Source: Gemmataceae bacterium (lineage in GTDB: Bacteria; Planctomycetota; Planctomycetia; Gemmatales; Gemmataceae). From it: a DNA stretch of 64,000 bases. Below the pieces are notes generated by a model. The model had not been told where the DNA came from, searched no databases, and saw only the letters and a list, made by a program, of their open reading frames with translations. Location of the stretch: assembly GCA_025055215.1 (NCBI GenBank), contig JANWYO010000143.1:827-64826 (forward strand), written 5' to 3'. A program made the translations under genes and the position numbers. Shown here piece after piece: positions 34,064-43,787 of this stretch; position 1 is the stretch's first letter; each line of letters opens with the position of its first letter.

Positions 34064-34092
34064 AATGTAGTCGGTTGCGGTGGAGATTGCAA
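34064..34092 (-). promoter_or_regulatory. Sigma70-like promoter TTGCAA-N17-TACATT for rpsO-pnp
   Basis: Read on the minus strand in the locally AT-richer stretch about 80 nt upstream of rpsO. Confidence 0.4.
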
Positions 34093-34148
34093 GGGCGAAA
34101 ATAACCTCGCCGATGGGGCCTGCCGCGACCGCGCGATCGACCTCCGTC

Positions 34149-34177
34149 TTGACCTCACTGGCAAAACAACCTACGAT
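34149..34177 (+). promoter_or_regulatory. Sigma70-like promoter TTGACC-N17-TACGAT for the GT39-like gene
   Basis: Hexamers about 65 nt upstream of ATG 34242, divergent from rpsO. Confidence 0.35.
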
Positions 34178-34241
34178 GCCGCCCGCAACCCGGAGGTGCT
34201 GGCCGGAGGGAGATCGCTCGTGGGGTCGAGGATAACCGCTC

Positions 34242-35846
34242 ATGGACGAGCAGTCTCAAACGGTGGGCGTCGCAACTAAGCCTGCCGGAGGCGCGCGCCA
34301 CGACCTCCTGCTGATGTTCGTGCTGATGGCGGTCGTCGGCCTGCTGCACCTTTGGGTGTTGACCCACACCACGGTTGCTGCCCGCGATAGCATCGCCTTC
34401 ATCCGCTATGCGTGGCAGCTGGAACACTACCCCTGGCCGGAAGTCCTCCGCGGCAACTTGCACCATCCCGGCTTTCCGGTGGCGATCGCCGCCGTGTCCT
34501 GGGCGCTGCGTTCGTGCGGCGGCAGCCTCGACGCCGACACCATGCGCCTCGCCGCCCAGCTTGCCAATTCGCTGGCCGCCGTCTTGCTGGTGGTGCCGCT
34601 GTATTTCCTCGGCAAAATCGTCTTCGAGCGGCGGACAGCCTTCTGGGGGGTGCTCATCTACCAATGCCTCCCGTCAAGCAACCAGCTCTTGTCCGACGGG
34701 TTGTCCGAGGGAGTGTTTTTGTTGTGGGCGGCCTCCGCGATCCTGGCCGCTGTGATCGCACACCAGCGCTCCTCGGTCCTGGGGTTTGCCTTGGCGGGTG
34801 TCTTCAGCGGCTTGGCGTACCTCACTCGGCCGGAGGGGATCCTGATCGCACCCGCGATGGCCTTGGTGCTGCTGCTGGGCCAGTTGCTGCCTTCCTCGCG
34901 GCGGCCGTGGCGGAGCACCTTGGCCGAGTCGGCGGCCCTCCTGGGGGCATTGACGGTGGTTGCCGCGCCGTACATCGCCACCATCGGGGCCTTGACGAAC
35001 AAGACCACCGGGCGGGAAATCCTGCACACGGCGCGCGACGTGCCGAGCCAGGCCACGGCGGCCCGGCAGCCGCCGTTGGCCCTGGTATGGTCGGTCTGGA
35101 CCGATGCCTATCGCGTGGGCCAACGGTCGGGGAGCGTGCCGTGGGCATTCCGCGGCTTCACGGTGGAGCTGTTGAAGGGGTTCAACTATGTGGCCCTTCC
35201 GGCCGTGATTTTTGGGCTGTGGCACTTTCGGCGGCGGTGGGGCGAGCCTGAAAGCTGGCTGCTGGGGGCGCCGTGTCTGGCCCAGGCGTTGGCCGTGCTG
35301 CGCGTCGCTTCGGTCATGGGCTACGTTTCGGAGCGGCACGTGCAGCTCATCGTCATGACCGGTTGTTTATGGGCGGCGGCTGGCTTGCTCGCCTTGCCGG
35401 GATGGTGGCAGGAACGCGGCTGGCGCTTGCCTCGCTGGTCGGCGGCGACTTGGGCCACCATCCTGCCGGGCCTGGTTGTGGCCGTCGGCTTGCCCTCCGC
35501 GCTGAAGCCGCTCCACGCCAACCGCCAAGGGCACCGCGAGGTCGGTCGCTGGCTGGCGGAGCACGCTCGGCCGACAGAGCACCTTGGGGATCGGTTTTGG
35601 TGGGCGGAGTACACCGCCGGGCGGGCCTTCGGCCCGCCCGGCCCACCGCGGCCGCCCAAGGAACCGCCGGATGCGTATTACATCGTCCTGGAAACCACCT
35701 CCAATCCGCACGAGCGCCTGCCCATGATCCCCGGTGCGCGTGCCTTGGCGGAGCGAGCGACGTTGATCCACCTGTGGCAGCCCGCTACGCCGCGCAAGGA
35801 TCGGCCCGGTGTCGCGGTCTATTTCCTCCCCGCCGGGCAACTTTAA
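34242..35846 (+). CDS. ArnT/PMT-like (GT39/GT-C fold) membrane glycosyltransferase
   Basis: About 11 predicted TM segments. First-loop motif ARDSIAFIRYAW. Soluble C-terminal domain. Confidence 0.6.
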   Translation: MDEQSQTVGVATKPAGGARHDLLLMFVLMAVVGLLHLWVLTHTTVAARDSIAFIRYAWQLEHYPWPEVLRGNLHHPGFPVAIAAVSWALRSCGGSLDADTMRLAAQLANSLAAVLLVVPLYFLGKIVFERRTAFWGVLIYQCLPSSNQLLSDGLSEGVFLLWAASAILAAVIAHQRSSVLGFALAGVFSGLAYLTRPEGILIAPAMALVLLLGQLLPSSRRPWRSTLAESAALLGALTVVAAPYIATIGALTNKTTGREILHTARDVPSQATAARQPPLALVWSVWTDAYRVGQRSGSVPWAFRGFTVELLKGFNYVALPAVIFGLWHFRRRWGEPESWLLGAPCLAQALAVLRVASVMGYVSERHVQLIVMTGCLWAAAGLLALPGWWQERGWRLPRWSAATWATILPGLVVAVGLPSALKPLHANRQGHREVGRWLAEHARPTEHLGDRFWWAEYTAGRAFGPPGPPRPPKEPPDAYYIVLETTSNPHERLPMIPGARALAERATLIHLWQPATPRKDRPGVAVYFLPAGQL

Positions 35847-37201
35847 GCCTCGGCGAACAGCCGCATCAGATCCGTGGTTTGGGCGGCCTCCATGCCCCAA
35901 AGCTGCGTCAGCATTCGGCTGGCCCGCTCCGGCCCGCAGCGCGGTTCGACCAGGCGGCGAAACTTCTGCTCCACCTCGGCGTCGCTCATGGGATTGTGGG
36001 CATGACCACGAGGGAATTCGACCTCGCGGACGAGTTGTCGGCCATCGCGGAGCGTGATGGTGAGGCGGTTGGGGATGCCGTTGGGATAACGAGCGCTGAG
36101 GGCAGCGTCTCGATGGACACGGACCTTGGCCGTCAATGCCAGCAACTCCGGGTCGGTGAACCGCCGTTCCTCAAAAGTCGCCAGGGTGACGTCGCCATCC
36201 GCCAAGGCTGCGGCCGTGCAGTACGGCAGGCTGTGGTCGGCGGTTTCCCGGGTGCGCGGTCGCCACTTTTCCGGGTCTTTGCCGATGATGTCCACGGCGG
36301 CATCGAAGGTGTGGATGTCGATGGCGGTGATGTCCCGAAGGTCGTCGATCAGGGGCCGCAATTGCAAGGCGGCGTCGATGGCACTTTGGGAGTGATACTC
36401 GGCCGGCCAGAACTTGATGTAGGTCCGGTTGATCATGAAGGGGCGATCGCCGCCCCCGAGCGGGGCCAAGGTGAATGGCCCGGTGATGAGCTTCATGATG
36501 CCCAGCTCGCCCTCAAAGATCGGAGCGGGGCCGGTCATGCCCTCGGCCGCCAGCAAGGCGGCGAAGACCCCGTTGCGGGCAGCGTTGGCGAAGGCGCATC
36601 CCTTCCACATGCTCAGCTCGCCGGCCCGCGTCTGCCGCAGGGCGACGTTGCACACCCCCGCCAGGCCCAGGGCATGGGTGGTACGTTCCGCGTCGAGTCG
36701 CAGCAGCTTGCAGGCGGCCGCCGTGGACGACAGCGCCCCGTAGAAGACGTGATCGAAGCCGTGTTTCCGCAGGCTGGCGGCATCGCACAGGCGGCACTGG
36801 ATTTCGTAGGCCAGCACCGCCGCGGTGATCAGCTCGCGGCCGGTGGCGCCCGCCAGCTCGCCGACCGCCAACACCGCCCCCAGGTTATCGCTGGGATGAG
36901 CGGGTTCTAACGACAGGTAGGTGTCGTTGAAGTCGAGATAGCGGATCAGCAACCCGTTGACGAACGTGGCCCATTCGACACTCGAGCGACCGCCGCCGAT
37001 CAGCCCGACGCTCCGTTCCCCTTGCACCCGCAGGGCACACCGACGGGCGATGGCATAAGCTTCGGCCGGCAGCGCACCCACCGCCGTTCCCAGCGAGTCG
37101 ATGAACCGCCGCTTGGCTTCATGGACCACCGGAGCGGGCAGGTCATCAAAGCGGAGTTGCACGGTATATTCGGCCAGCTGGCGCGCCAGCGTCTGCGACA
37201 T
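35843..37201 (-). CDS. MmgE/PrpD-family protein (2-methylcitrate dehydratase-like)
   Basis: MSQTLARQLAEYTVQLRFDDLPAPVVHEAKRRFIDSLG start. Start ATG 37201 follows GAGGAAA. 4-nt convergent overlap with the GT39-like gene. Confidence 0.8.
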   Translation of the reverse strand: MSQTLARQLAEYTVQLRFDDLPAPVVHEAKRRFIDSLGTAVGALPAEAYAIARRCALRVQGERSVGLIGGGRSSVEWATFVNGLLIRYLDFNDTYLSLEPAHPSDNLGAVLAVGELAGATGRELITAAVLAYEIQCRLCDAASLRKHGFDHVFYGALSSTAAACKLLRLDAERTTHALGLAGVCNVALRQTRAGELSMWKGCAFANAARNGVFAALLAAEGMTGPAPIFEGELGIMKLITGPFTLAPLGGGDRPFMINRTYIKFWPAEYHSQSAIDAALQLRPLIDDLRDITAIDIHTFDAAVDIIGKDPEKWRPRTRETADHSLPYCTAAALADGDVTLATFEERRFTDPELLALTAKVRVHRDAALSARYPNGIPNRLTITLRDGRQLVREVEFPRGHAHNPMSDAEVEQKFRRLVEPRCGPERASRMLTQLWGMEAAQTTDLMRLFAEA

Positions 37202-37270
37202 GTTTGTTTCCTCGACCGGAAGACTTAGGGGGGCCACGACCCGGAGGCTGACCAAGCGCCGGGCCGAAGG

Positions 37271-38797
37271 TCATTGTATGGAAGCCGCGTCCGCTTCGGA
37301 CGCGACTTGGCTTGCCCGCTGGCCCCCGCGACGCGGGGCCAGCGGGTCGGGGAATGGGACAACGATGCGGGGCAGCATCAGCCACGTTCCCCAGCCCAAG
37401 CGCGGCAGCAGGCGTACCCACCCCCACCGCAGCAGCCCGGGCCGATTGCTCGGCCTCGGCGGCCCGTCGGCAGGAAGCCCCGCCAACACGGCCAGGGCGA
37501 TCAATGCCCCCGCCAAGGCCGCCACGAGCAGGACGTGGAAATAGCACACAGGTAAGCCGTTCGACAAAGTCGCATCCAACACTTTCCAACGATCCGCGAC
37601 CAGGCCGGCTAGCAGCGGGCTGAGGGCCATCAGCCAGCCCGTGGTGACGTTGTACACCGAAACGAAAAAGCTGCGCCGGGAGCGAGGCGACAGATTGAGC
37701 ATCAGCTGTTGACTGGCGACGGTCCAGGCGGTTGTCAGACCGCCTTGGACCAACGTCAGAGGGAGCAGGACCACCAGGCCCCAAGTTCGGTCCATGACCA
37801 GGTAGGCCGCAAGCACCAAGAGATGCCCCGAGCCAAACAGGAGGAGGGAGCAGGAGCCGCGACGGGAAATCCACACGGCCCACCACCGGCTGCTGGCCGC
37901 AGCCGCCAGGCTGCCGGCCACATTCAGCACCGCCAGCATCAGCCACGAGATGCCCAAACCCACCGACCGACCGGCCAACTCTTCGCCTCGCTGGTAGACC
38001 GGTACAAACGGCAGCACCAGGTTGGCGGCGAACGACCACAACCCCATGCCGACCAGCAGTCGGCGATACCCGGGTTGGCGAAACGGCCCCAGGAAGGCCG
38101 TCAATCGGCCTTCGCCAAGGCGGTCAGGCGTCGGTGCCCGGGCTGGCTCCGGCACCCTGAGATACAGGAGGATATCGGCCACGCCGAAGGCGGCCCCGAT
38201 GGCAAACAAGACGCTCACCAGGACGCGGTTCCCCATCCCGCCGCCCCAGTGCAGCAGCGCCATGCTCACGACGAAAGTGCTGGCGGAGGAGACATTGGCC
38301 CAGCGCTGGCGGCAGCTGAAAAACTCGCCGCGGCTCCGCTCGGGGACCAGGTCGGCCATCCAGCTCCACCAGGCCGGCGCGCCGAGATGAGCGATCACCC
38401 GCGTCGTGCCGACCACGAGCAAGACAAGCACGATGCCGCGGTCGCGGCCGGCTTCTGCTGTGCTCACCAAGGGAACGACTGCGAGGACGAAAAACGCGGC
38501 TCGGTTCAGCAGGTGGGTCACGACGAAGATGCGCCGCCGACAGCCCAACCACTCCGTCAACGCCGCGCCGGGCAGCTCAAACGTCGGCCCGAGGTAGGTC
38601 ATCGCCAGCACCAGGCCGATGTACCATTTGTCGGCGTGCAGGTATTCTTGCAAGAACAGGGTCAGCAAGACGCTTCCCGGCGCGCCGCACACGGCCCAGA
38701 CCTGTCCCAGGGCACCGGCGAGGTTGGCGCGAGTCGCACCGCGGACTCGTTGCCCGGGTGCCCACGCGCTGGCGTGGTTGGCATCCGTGTCGTCCAT
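37271..38797 (-). CDS. MFS transporter
   Basis: 508 aa, about 12 hydrophobic helices, central loop with RVPEP. Directly downstream of the PrpD-family gene. Confidence 0.7.
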   Translation of the reverse strand: MDDTDANHASAWAPGQRVRGATRANLAGALGQVWAVCGAPGSVLLTLFLQEYLHADKWYIGLVLAMTYLGPTFELPGAALTEWLGCRRRIFVVTHLLNRAAFFVLAVVPLVSTAEAGRDRGIVLVLLVVGTTRVIAHLGAPAWWSWMADLVPERSRGEFFSCRQRWANVSSASTFVVSMALLHWGGGMGNRVLVSVLFAIGAAFGVADILLYLRVPEPARAPTPDRLGEGRLTAFLGPFRQPGYRRLLVGMGLWSFAANLVLPFVPVYQRGEELAGRSVGLGISWLMLAVLNVAGSLAAAASSRWWAVWISRRGSCSLLLFGSGHLLVLAAYLVMDRTWGLVVLLPLTLVQGGLTTAWTVASQQLMLNLSPRSRRSFFVSVYNVTTGWLMALSPLLAGLVADRWKVLDATLSNGLPVCYFHVLLVAALAGALIALAVLAGLPADGPPRPSNRPGLLRWGWVRLLPRLGWGTWLMLPRIVVPFPDPLAPRRGGQRASQVASEADAASIQ

Positions 38798-38879
38798 AGG
38801 TGAGTCCGCTCCCGGGCTTGTCCCGCCGTGGAAGCCTCCCGAGGTGCCCGAATGGGATCGACGACAACTTGTCCGTCGC

Positions 38880-39569
38880 TCACTCGCGCCGGAAATCGTC
38901 CTCGACCTTGTGACTGGTGAAATACCAGGACAGGTCCGTCGCCACCCGGTTCAGAAATGCCTGACGAAACTGCTGGAGGCTATGCCCTCCATCCGCCGGG
39001 ATCGGTCCGGAAGTGCGCGGGTAGTCGATCACGTATTCGTCCTTGAAGATCGGCTCCTCCCCCGGCTTGTGGACGTCGATGACCGCCACCGAGATCTCGG
39101 CATGGCCGCGATAGAACGTGTTGAAGCTCCCCTTCTCGTACAGGCTTAGGGCGTGGATCTCCAGGTCGATGACGTAGTCGGCCCCGAAGTGCTGGCCGAT
39201 CTCTTGGGCGCTGAGGACTTGCCAGTTGGGGTGCTCATCCTTGAACTTCTCCACCCGGCTGACCGGGAGGACGCTGACCCGTTCCTTATTTTGCAGGAAG
39301 CCTTTCTCCAGCTGTCGCACCAGAAGACTGGCCAGCTCGCGCTCCACACGGAGGAATTCGGGCCGGGTCTCGAGCGCCGAGCTGGCGAGCACCATCACCC
39401 GCACTTCTCGATTCTTGTCGGGCGCTGCCAACCGGCAAGGCGGGTCGATCTTCGGCTCCAGACCGAACATGAGGAAGTAGGGCACAGCGATCGGATTGCA
39501 GCCGAGGGTCAAGACCCCCGCCAGGACCAAGCTGCCAGCGAGCAGCGGGCGTGTGTGGCGCGGTGCCAT
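38880..39569 (-). CDS. Lipoprotein, hypothetical
   Basis: GGAGGAGAG SD. MAPRHTRPLLAGSLVLAGVLTLGC lipobox signal peptide. Start trimmed to ATG 39569. Confidence 0.65.
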   Translation of the reverse strand: MAPRHTRPLLAGSLVLAGVLTLGCNPIAVPYFLMFGLEPKIDPPCRLAAPDKNREVRVMVLASSALETRPEFLRVERELASLLVRQLEKGFLQNKERVSVLPVSRVEKFKDEHPNWQVLSAQEIGQHFGADYVIDLEIHALSLYEKGSFNTFYRGHAEISVAVIDVHKPGEEPIFKDEYVIDYPRTSGPIPADGGHSLQQFRQAFLNRVATDLSWYFTSHKVEDDFRRE

Positions 39570-40164
39570 CGTCTCTCCTCCATGCCCGTGGCGGGTCGTC
39601 CCCATCCGGCCGGAACAACGGCCCGGAGCGCTCCACGGCTAGCCAGGCAAGGACCACCAGCCAGCGGACCATCATCAACCCGACGAAGGTGATGACGATC
39701 CACGTCAGGGCCTGTTCCATCGACCGAATGAACAGCGGCCGCGCCCGCCAGGCGCTGGCCAGCCCCCACGGAACCAGGGCCAAGCCGAACACAGCCGTCA
39801 GCGTGCCCACGGCATTCGCTTGGAGCGAATACCAGACGCTGATCGGTCGGCCGTGCACCAGGCCGTCCATCAACAGGGCGAAGCTGGTGGTCATGCCGCA
39901 CGACGGGCACGGCAGACCGGCCAACGCCCGGAAGGAACACGGCGGCAGCCCCAGCTGTTGGTGCGTCCCCAGCCGCAGTGGCTGACCCTGATCGTCGTAA
40001 GGGTTTAACCGCGCCGCGACGATGAACACGGCCACCAGTCCCAGGGCCATGCCTACCAGCGCCCCGCGGACCCAGACGGTCAGCACGGGCAGGACCTCAG
40101 GTGCTTTCGCCGTTGGCTCGGACGATTGCCAGGGAGCGGGCACGATAGCGTTCTTCCTGTCCAT
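39286..40164 (-). CDS. DUF2752-family membrane protein with a long out-of-family C-terminal tail
   Basis: Signature LPPCSFRALAGLPCPSCGMTTSF plus 4 TM helices. The frame stays open to 39286, so it overlaps the lipoprotein gene by 284 nt. Start is ATG 40164 or GTG 40194. Confidence 0.6.
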   Translation of the reverse strand: MDRKNAIVPAPWQSSEPTAKAPEVLPVLTVWVRGALVGMALGLVAVFIVAARLNPYDDQGQPLRLGTHQQLGLPPCSFRALAGLPCPSCGMTTSFALLMDGLVHGRPISVWYSLQANAVGTLTAVFGLALVPWGLASAWRARPLFIRSMEQALTWIVITFVGLMMVRWLVVLAWLAVERSGPLFRPDGDDPPRAWRRDDGTAPHTPAARWQLGPGGGLDPRLQSDRCALLPHVRSGAEDRPALPVGSARQESRSAGDGARQLGARDPARIPPCGARAGQSSGATAGERLPAK

Positions 40165-40199
40165 GTCAAGCGCGACTTGAGTGGCCGGGTACACCCATT

Positions 40200-40450
40200 G
40201 TTCAAGGCGGGGTTGAGCGCTCCGGGCCGCGGTTTTTCCCCAAGCCCCCGCCGCGCCGATTCCTCGTCTCGCACACGCTGGGCACGCAGCGAACGCGAAA
40301 CGATCGATCTGCCTGCGGGCCCAGCACGCGCCTCCCGTCCTTGCGCCAGCGCGAACCGATGGATCGGTTGTCAGGTCCGTCGCGACGCGACCCGGCGCGG
40401 CCCGAGCGCGAACCGATCAATGGATGGTTGGACCGTCCCTGAGTTTAGGG
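40200..40450 (+). repeat. Intergenic repeat family, copy 4 (internal duplication of the GCGCGAACCGAT module)
   Basis: GTTCAAGGCGGGGTTGAGCGCTCCGGGCCGCGGTTTTTCCCCAAGCCCCCGCC, CGCAG/CTGCG hairpin, GCCCAGCACGCGCCTCCCGTCCTTGCGCCAGCGCGAACCGATGGATCGGTT, then a second CGAGCGCGAACCGATCAATGG. Confidence 0.65.
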
Positions 40451-40558
40451 TCGGTCACTGCCTCGCGGGGATCCCATGTCCCTCCACTCACCTATCATCC
40501 GCATTGCGACCACCACCGGGCGTAAGCCGCTTGACCATCGCCCGCAGCGCGGCAAACC

Positions 40559-41539
40559 TCACTCACTGCGAAACGTCACCGGAATCTCGACGACTTCCGC
40601 CATCGGTTGCCGGAGTCGAACTCGGACGGTGGTGCGCACCTCCCCGCCTCGGACCCGGCTGCGATCGACATGAAGCCGCACCGTGCTCATGTCGTGTGGT
40701 CCCTCGGCCCAGGTGGCAGTGATGGCCGGATCGTCCGACGTCACCTCCGCCACCTTGACAGCTTGCCGATCAGCCGCTCGGATCAGAACGATGCGGGATG
40801 GCACCGGCTGCCCCCGCGGCACCGACCAAGTCACCTCTCCGGGCAAGGCCGACACATTGTGCCGAGGCTTTTTGATAATCGTAACCGGCACGTTCAGGGT
40901 GCGGTAGGCAGGGTCATCGGTGTACACGGTGACACGCTCCTCGTGCCGACCGGGAGGCAGGTCGTCCCGCACCGTCAGGCGAATGACCCACGTCGGCCGA
41001 TCACCCCGTGTCGGTGGCGGCGGCTCGACCGCCGCCGCGACCCACGGCGAGCTGCTGTCGGCCGCCGTCACACGCAGCGATTGATCTCGCAGATCGGTGA
41101 CGCGGATTTCGTGGCAGACCCCTTTGTCGGCGTAAATGTGCAGGCTCGCGGGCTGTACCTGCACCTCCGTCACCAGGCGAGCCGCGAGCGTTAGCGTCGT
41201 TTCCCGGACCTGCCCTCCTTCCTCGAAACGGAGGACCAGTGTCCATGTGTTCGGACCGGCTGGCTGCGTCAGGGTGTTGATTTCCAGCCGAACGCTCCCG
41301 CTCTCCCCGGGCTGGTACGTGCGCCGCTCGACGCGGGGCACCAGGCAGCCGCAGCTGGCACGGGCGTCGAGGAGGGTCACGGAAGCAGGGCCAGGATTGA
41401 CGAAGGTGAAGGAAGGCGTCAGGGCGGTGCCGGTGCGCACCTCGCCGACATCCACATGCCGCGCCGAGAATTGAGGCTCGGCACGAACGGGACTGGCCGC
41501 CAGTAAGGCTAGAAGGCAAAAGCAGGTCCGTTTCGGCAT
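40559..41539 (-). CDS. DUF1573 domain-containing secreted protein
   Basis: Signal peptide MPKRTCFCLLALLAASPVRA. DUF1573 core VDVGEVRTGT..FTFVNPGPASVTLLDARASCGCLVP. Start ATG 41539 follows GGGAGAG. Confidence 0.75.
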   Translation of the reverse strand: MPKRTCFCLLALLAASPVRAEPQFSARHVDVGEVRTGTALTPSFTFVNPGPASVTLLDARASCGCLVPRVERRTYQPGESGSVRLEINTLTQPAGPNTWTLVLRFEEGGQVRETTLTLAARLVTEVQVQPASLHIYADKGVCHEIRVTDLRDQSLRVTAADSSSPWVAAAVEPPPPTRGDRPTWVIRLTVRDDLPPGRHEERVTVYTDDPAYRTLNVPVTIIKKPRHNVSALPGEVTWSVPRGQPVPSRIVLIRAADRQAVKVAEVTSDDPAITATWAEGPHDMSTVRLHVDRSRVRGGEVRTTVRVRLRQPMAEVVEIPVTFRSE

Positions 41540-41702
41540 GGCGTCTCTCCCGCGGGGCGAGCGCCAGGGTGCATATCGCTCCGAGACCTGCCGAGCAAGG
41601 CCAGCAGTCGACGCGACCGGGAAAAAATTGTGTACGAAACGGGAGGCGACCACACCACTAATAACAGTAGCAAGACCAAACCAGCCGCCGATGGAGTTTT
41701 CC

Positions 41703-43787
41703 ATGCGTCTCACGTTGCGAACCTTGCTGGCTTACCTGGACGACACGCTGGAACCGGCGCAAGCCGCAGTGATCGGGCAGAAAGTGGCAGAAAGCGAAAC
41801 CGCACAGAAGCTGATCGAGCGGATCAAGGCGGTGCTTCACGATCGACAGCTGACGGTGCCGCCGGCCACCGGGCCGGAGGCCAAGATCGATGCCAACACC
41901 GTTGCGGAGTATCTGGACAACGAGCTGCCCAGCGACAAGCTGGCCGATGTGGAGGAAATCTGCCTAAACTCAGACGTGCACTTGGCCGAGGTGGCCGCGT
42001 GCCACCAGATCCTCACGCTCTTCCTGGGAGAGCCGATCCAGGTGCCCCCGACGGCGTACGAGCGTATGAGCCGACTGGCACCGGAACGGCGTGTCCGGCG
42101 CCGACCTCGGCGGAAGAAGCCGGTGGTGGAGCGTGGCCCCGATGAACTCCATCACGACGACGAAGACGAGACGCTCCGCCTCGGTTTGCCGTTATTCCAA
42201 CTGGGCGGCAGCGGATTTCGTCGCTGGGTGCCGCTGCTGGTCGTGGTCGTGTTGGTGGCGGCCTTGGGGGTCGCCATCTGGCAGGCGTTTCCCGACATCG
42301 AGCCGGTGCGTGTGGCCCGACAGGAGGGCACGTCGCAGGCAACCGGCCCCAGCGGCGGCGAGCCGTCAGGGCCTGGCGCGAGACCGCCGGTGGCCGAGCC
42401 ACCGGCGGGTCCACCCGCGCAGCCGCCGGTAGCCGAGCCACCGAAGCCGGAACCGCCGCCCCCCTCCGAGCCGATGCCCATGCCGCAGCCGATGCCCCCC
42501 AAAAGGCCGCTCGACAAGGTGCCAACCAACGAACCGAACCCGCAGCGGCGGCAGCTTGGGCAGCTGGCGGCGGGTCGAGGTTCGGCGCTGTTCCGCCGAG
42601 GCCCCGAAGCCAACTCCTGGGAGCGCGTCGCGCCGGATGCCGAAGTCGCCAGTGCGGAAGAACTCATCAGCCTCCCGGGCTTCCGCAGTGAACTGCGGCT
42701 CGACTCCGGCGTCCGCCTCGTGCTTTGGGGCAATGTCGACGAGTTCACCTCGATGCAAGCATTGCGCGAGGGCCGCGAACTGCCGGTCCGCGAATGTGCC
42801 CTGACGCTGCACGCTCCCGGGCCAGGCTTCGACCTGGATTTCACGCTCCATCGTGGCCGGGTCGTTTTGAGGAATGCCAAGGCCGACGGCGGCGCGGTGA
42901 TTCGCCTGCGCTTTGCCGATGAAATCTGGGATGTGACCCTGGGCGACCAGCGTTCCGAGGCATCCGCGGAACTGGCCGGCTTGTATCTCGACGACATGCC
43001 CTTCCACGCCGACGGCCGGGGCGAAGGACCGGCCATTTTGTGCGGCCTGTTCGCCCTGGCAGGGGAGGTACAGTTGAAGGTCCGCTATCAGACCATGGCC
43101 CTGCCGCCAGCGTCGCTCGTCACCTGGAACAACATCGGGGCGGGAATGCTCGGCCCCTATCCCATGACCAAGCCACCGGAGTGGTGGCTGGAACCGGAAC
43201 AGGCCGAAGCCCCCGAAGCGAAGAGAATGCGGCTGGCAATTGGCACTTTGGCGAAACGGCTGGGGCAGCCCGTGCGGCCGCTCCTGGTTGGCATGTTACG
43301 GGAGCCGGAGTCCGCCCCGCGCCGCTTGGCCGTGGCTTGCCTGGTGGCCCTGGACGACGTGCTCCCCGTGGTCGATGGCTTGGCCAGTCCCCAAGCCGAC
43401 GTGCGCGACAGCGCCGTTGCCGGCCTGCGGCATTGGATCAGCCGGGCACCCCGGTTGGACGTCCGCCTCTATCGGCTGCTGCAAGAGCAGCGGGGCTTCG
43501 GCCGTGCTCAGGCGGAGATTACCCTGCATCTGTTGCACAACTTCTCGCGCGACGACCGGGCCAAGCCGGAAACATACGAGACACTGATCGCTTACCTTCA
43601 GCACGATCGGCCGGCCATCCGCACCTTGGCCCATTGGCACTTGGTCCGTTTGGCTCCGCAGGGGCGGACGATTGCCTACGACCCGACGGCCCCGGCGGCG
43701 CAACTGGAAAAGGCCGTACTCGCCTGGAAGAAACTGATTCCCGATGGCGCAGTGCCGCCGGCGCCTATGCCGGAGGCACCGCCCTGA
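41703..43787 (+). CDS. Membrane-anchored hypothetical protein: N-terminal anti-sigma-like helical domain, Pro-rich linker, C-terminal HEAT-like repeats
   Basis: MRLTLRTLLAYLDDTLEP..HLAEVAACHQILTLF, one TM (WVPLLVVVVLVAALGVAIW), PPxxP-rich stretch, C-terminal ADVRDSAVAGLRHW / RPAIRTLAHWHLVRL. Start ATG 41703 (GGAG-N7). ATG 41691 is possible. Confidence 0.6.
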   Translation: MRLTLRTLLAYLDDTLEPAQAAVIGQKVAESETAQKLIERIKAVLHDRQLTVPPATGPEAKIDANTVAEYLDNELPSDKLADVEEICLNSDVHLAEVAACHQILTLFLGEPIQVPPTAYERMSRLAPERRVRRRPRRKKPVVERGPDELHHDDEDETLRLGLPLFQLGGSGFRRWVPLLVVVVLVAALGVAIWQAFPDIEPVRVARQEGTSQATGPSGGEPSGPGARPPVAEPPAGPPAQPPVAEPPKPEPPPPSEPMPMPQPMPPKRPLDKVPTNEPNPQRRQLGQLAAGRGSALFRRGPEANSWERVAPDAEVASAEELISLPGFRSELRLDSGVRLVLWGNVDEFTSMQALREGRELPVRECALTLHAPGPGFDLDFTLHRGRVVLRNAKADGGAVIRLRFADEIWDVTLGDQRSEASAELAGLYLDDMPFHADGRGEGPAILCGLFALAGEVQLKVRYQTMALPPASLVTWNNIGAGMLGPYPMTKPPEWWLEPEQAEAPEAKRMRLAIGTLAKRLGQPVRPLLVGMLREPESAPRRLAVACLVALDDVLPVVDGLASPQADVRDSAVAGLRHWISRAPRLDVRLYRLLQEQRGFGRAQAEITLHLLHNFSRDDRAKPETYETLIAYLQHDRPAIRTLAHWHLVRLAPQGRTIAYDPTAPAAQLEKAVLAWKKLIPDGAVPPAPMPEAPP

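Noticed and set aside
40476-40673. 65-aa + strand ORF downstream of repeat copy 4 as a small protein gene
   Set aside because: Arg/Ser/Thr-rich translation, no SD, and it overlaps the 3' end of the DUF1573 gene on the other strand. It is kept only as a possible antisense or small-RNA region in the findings.
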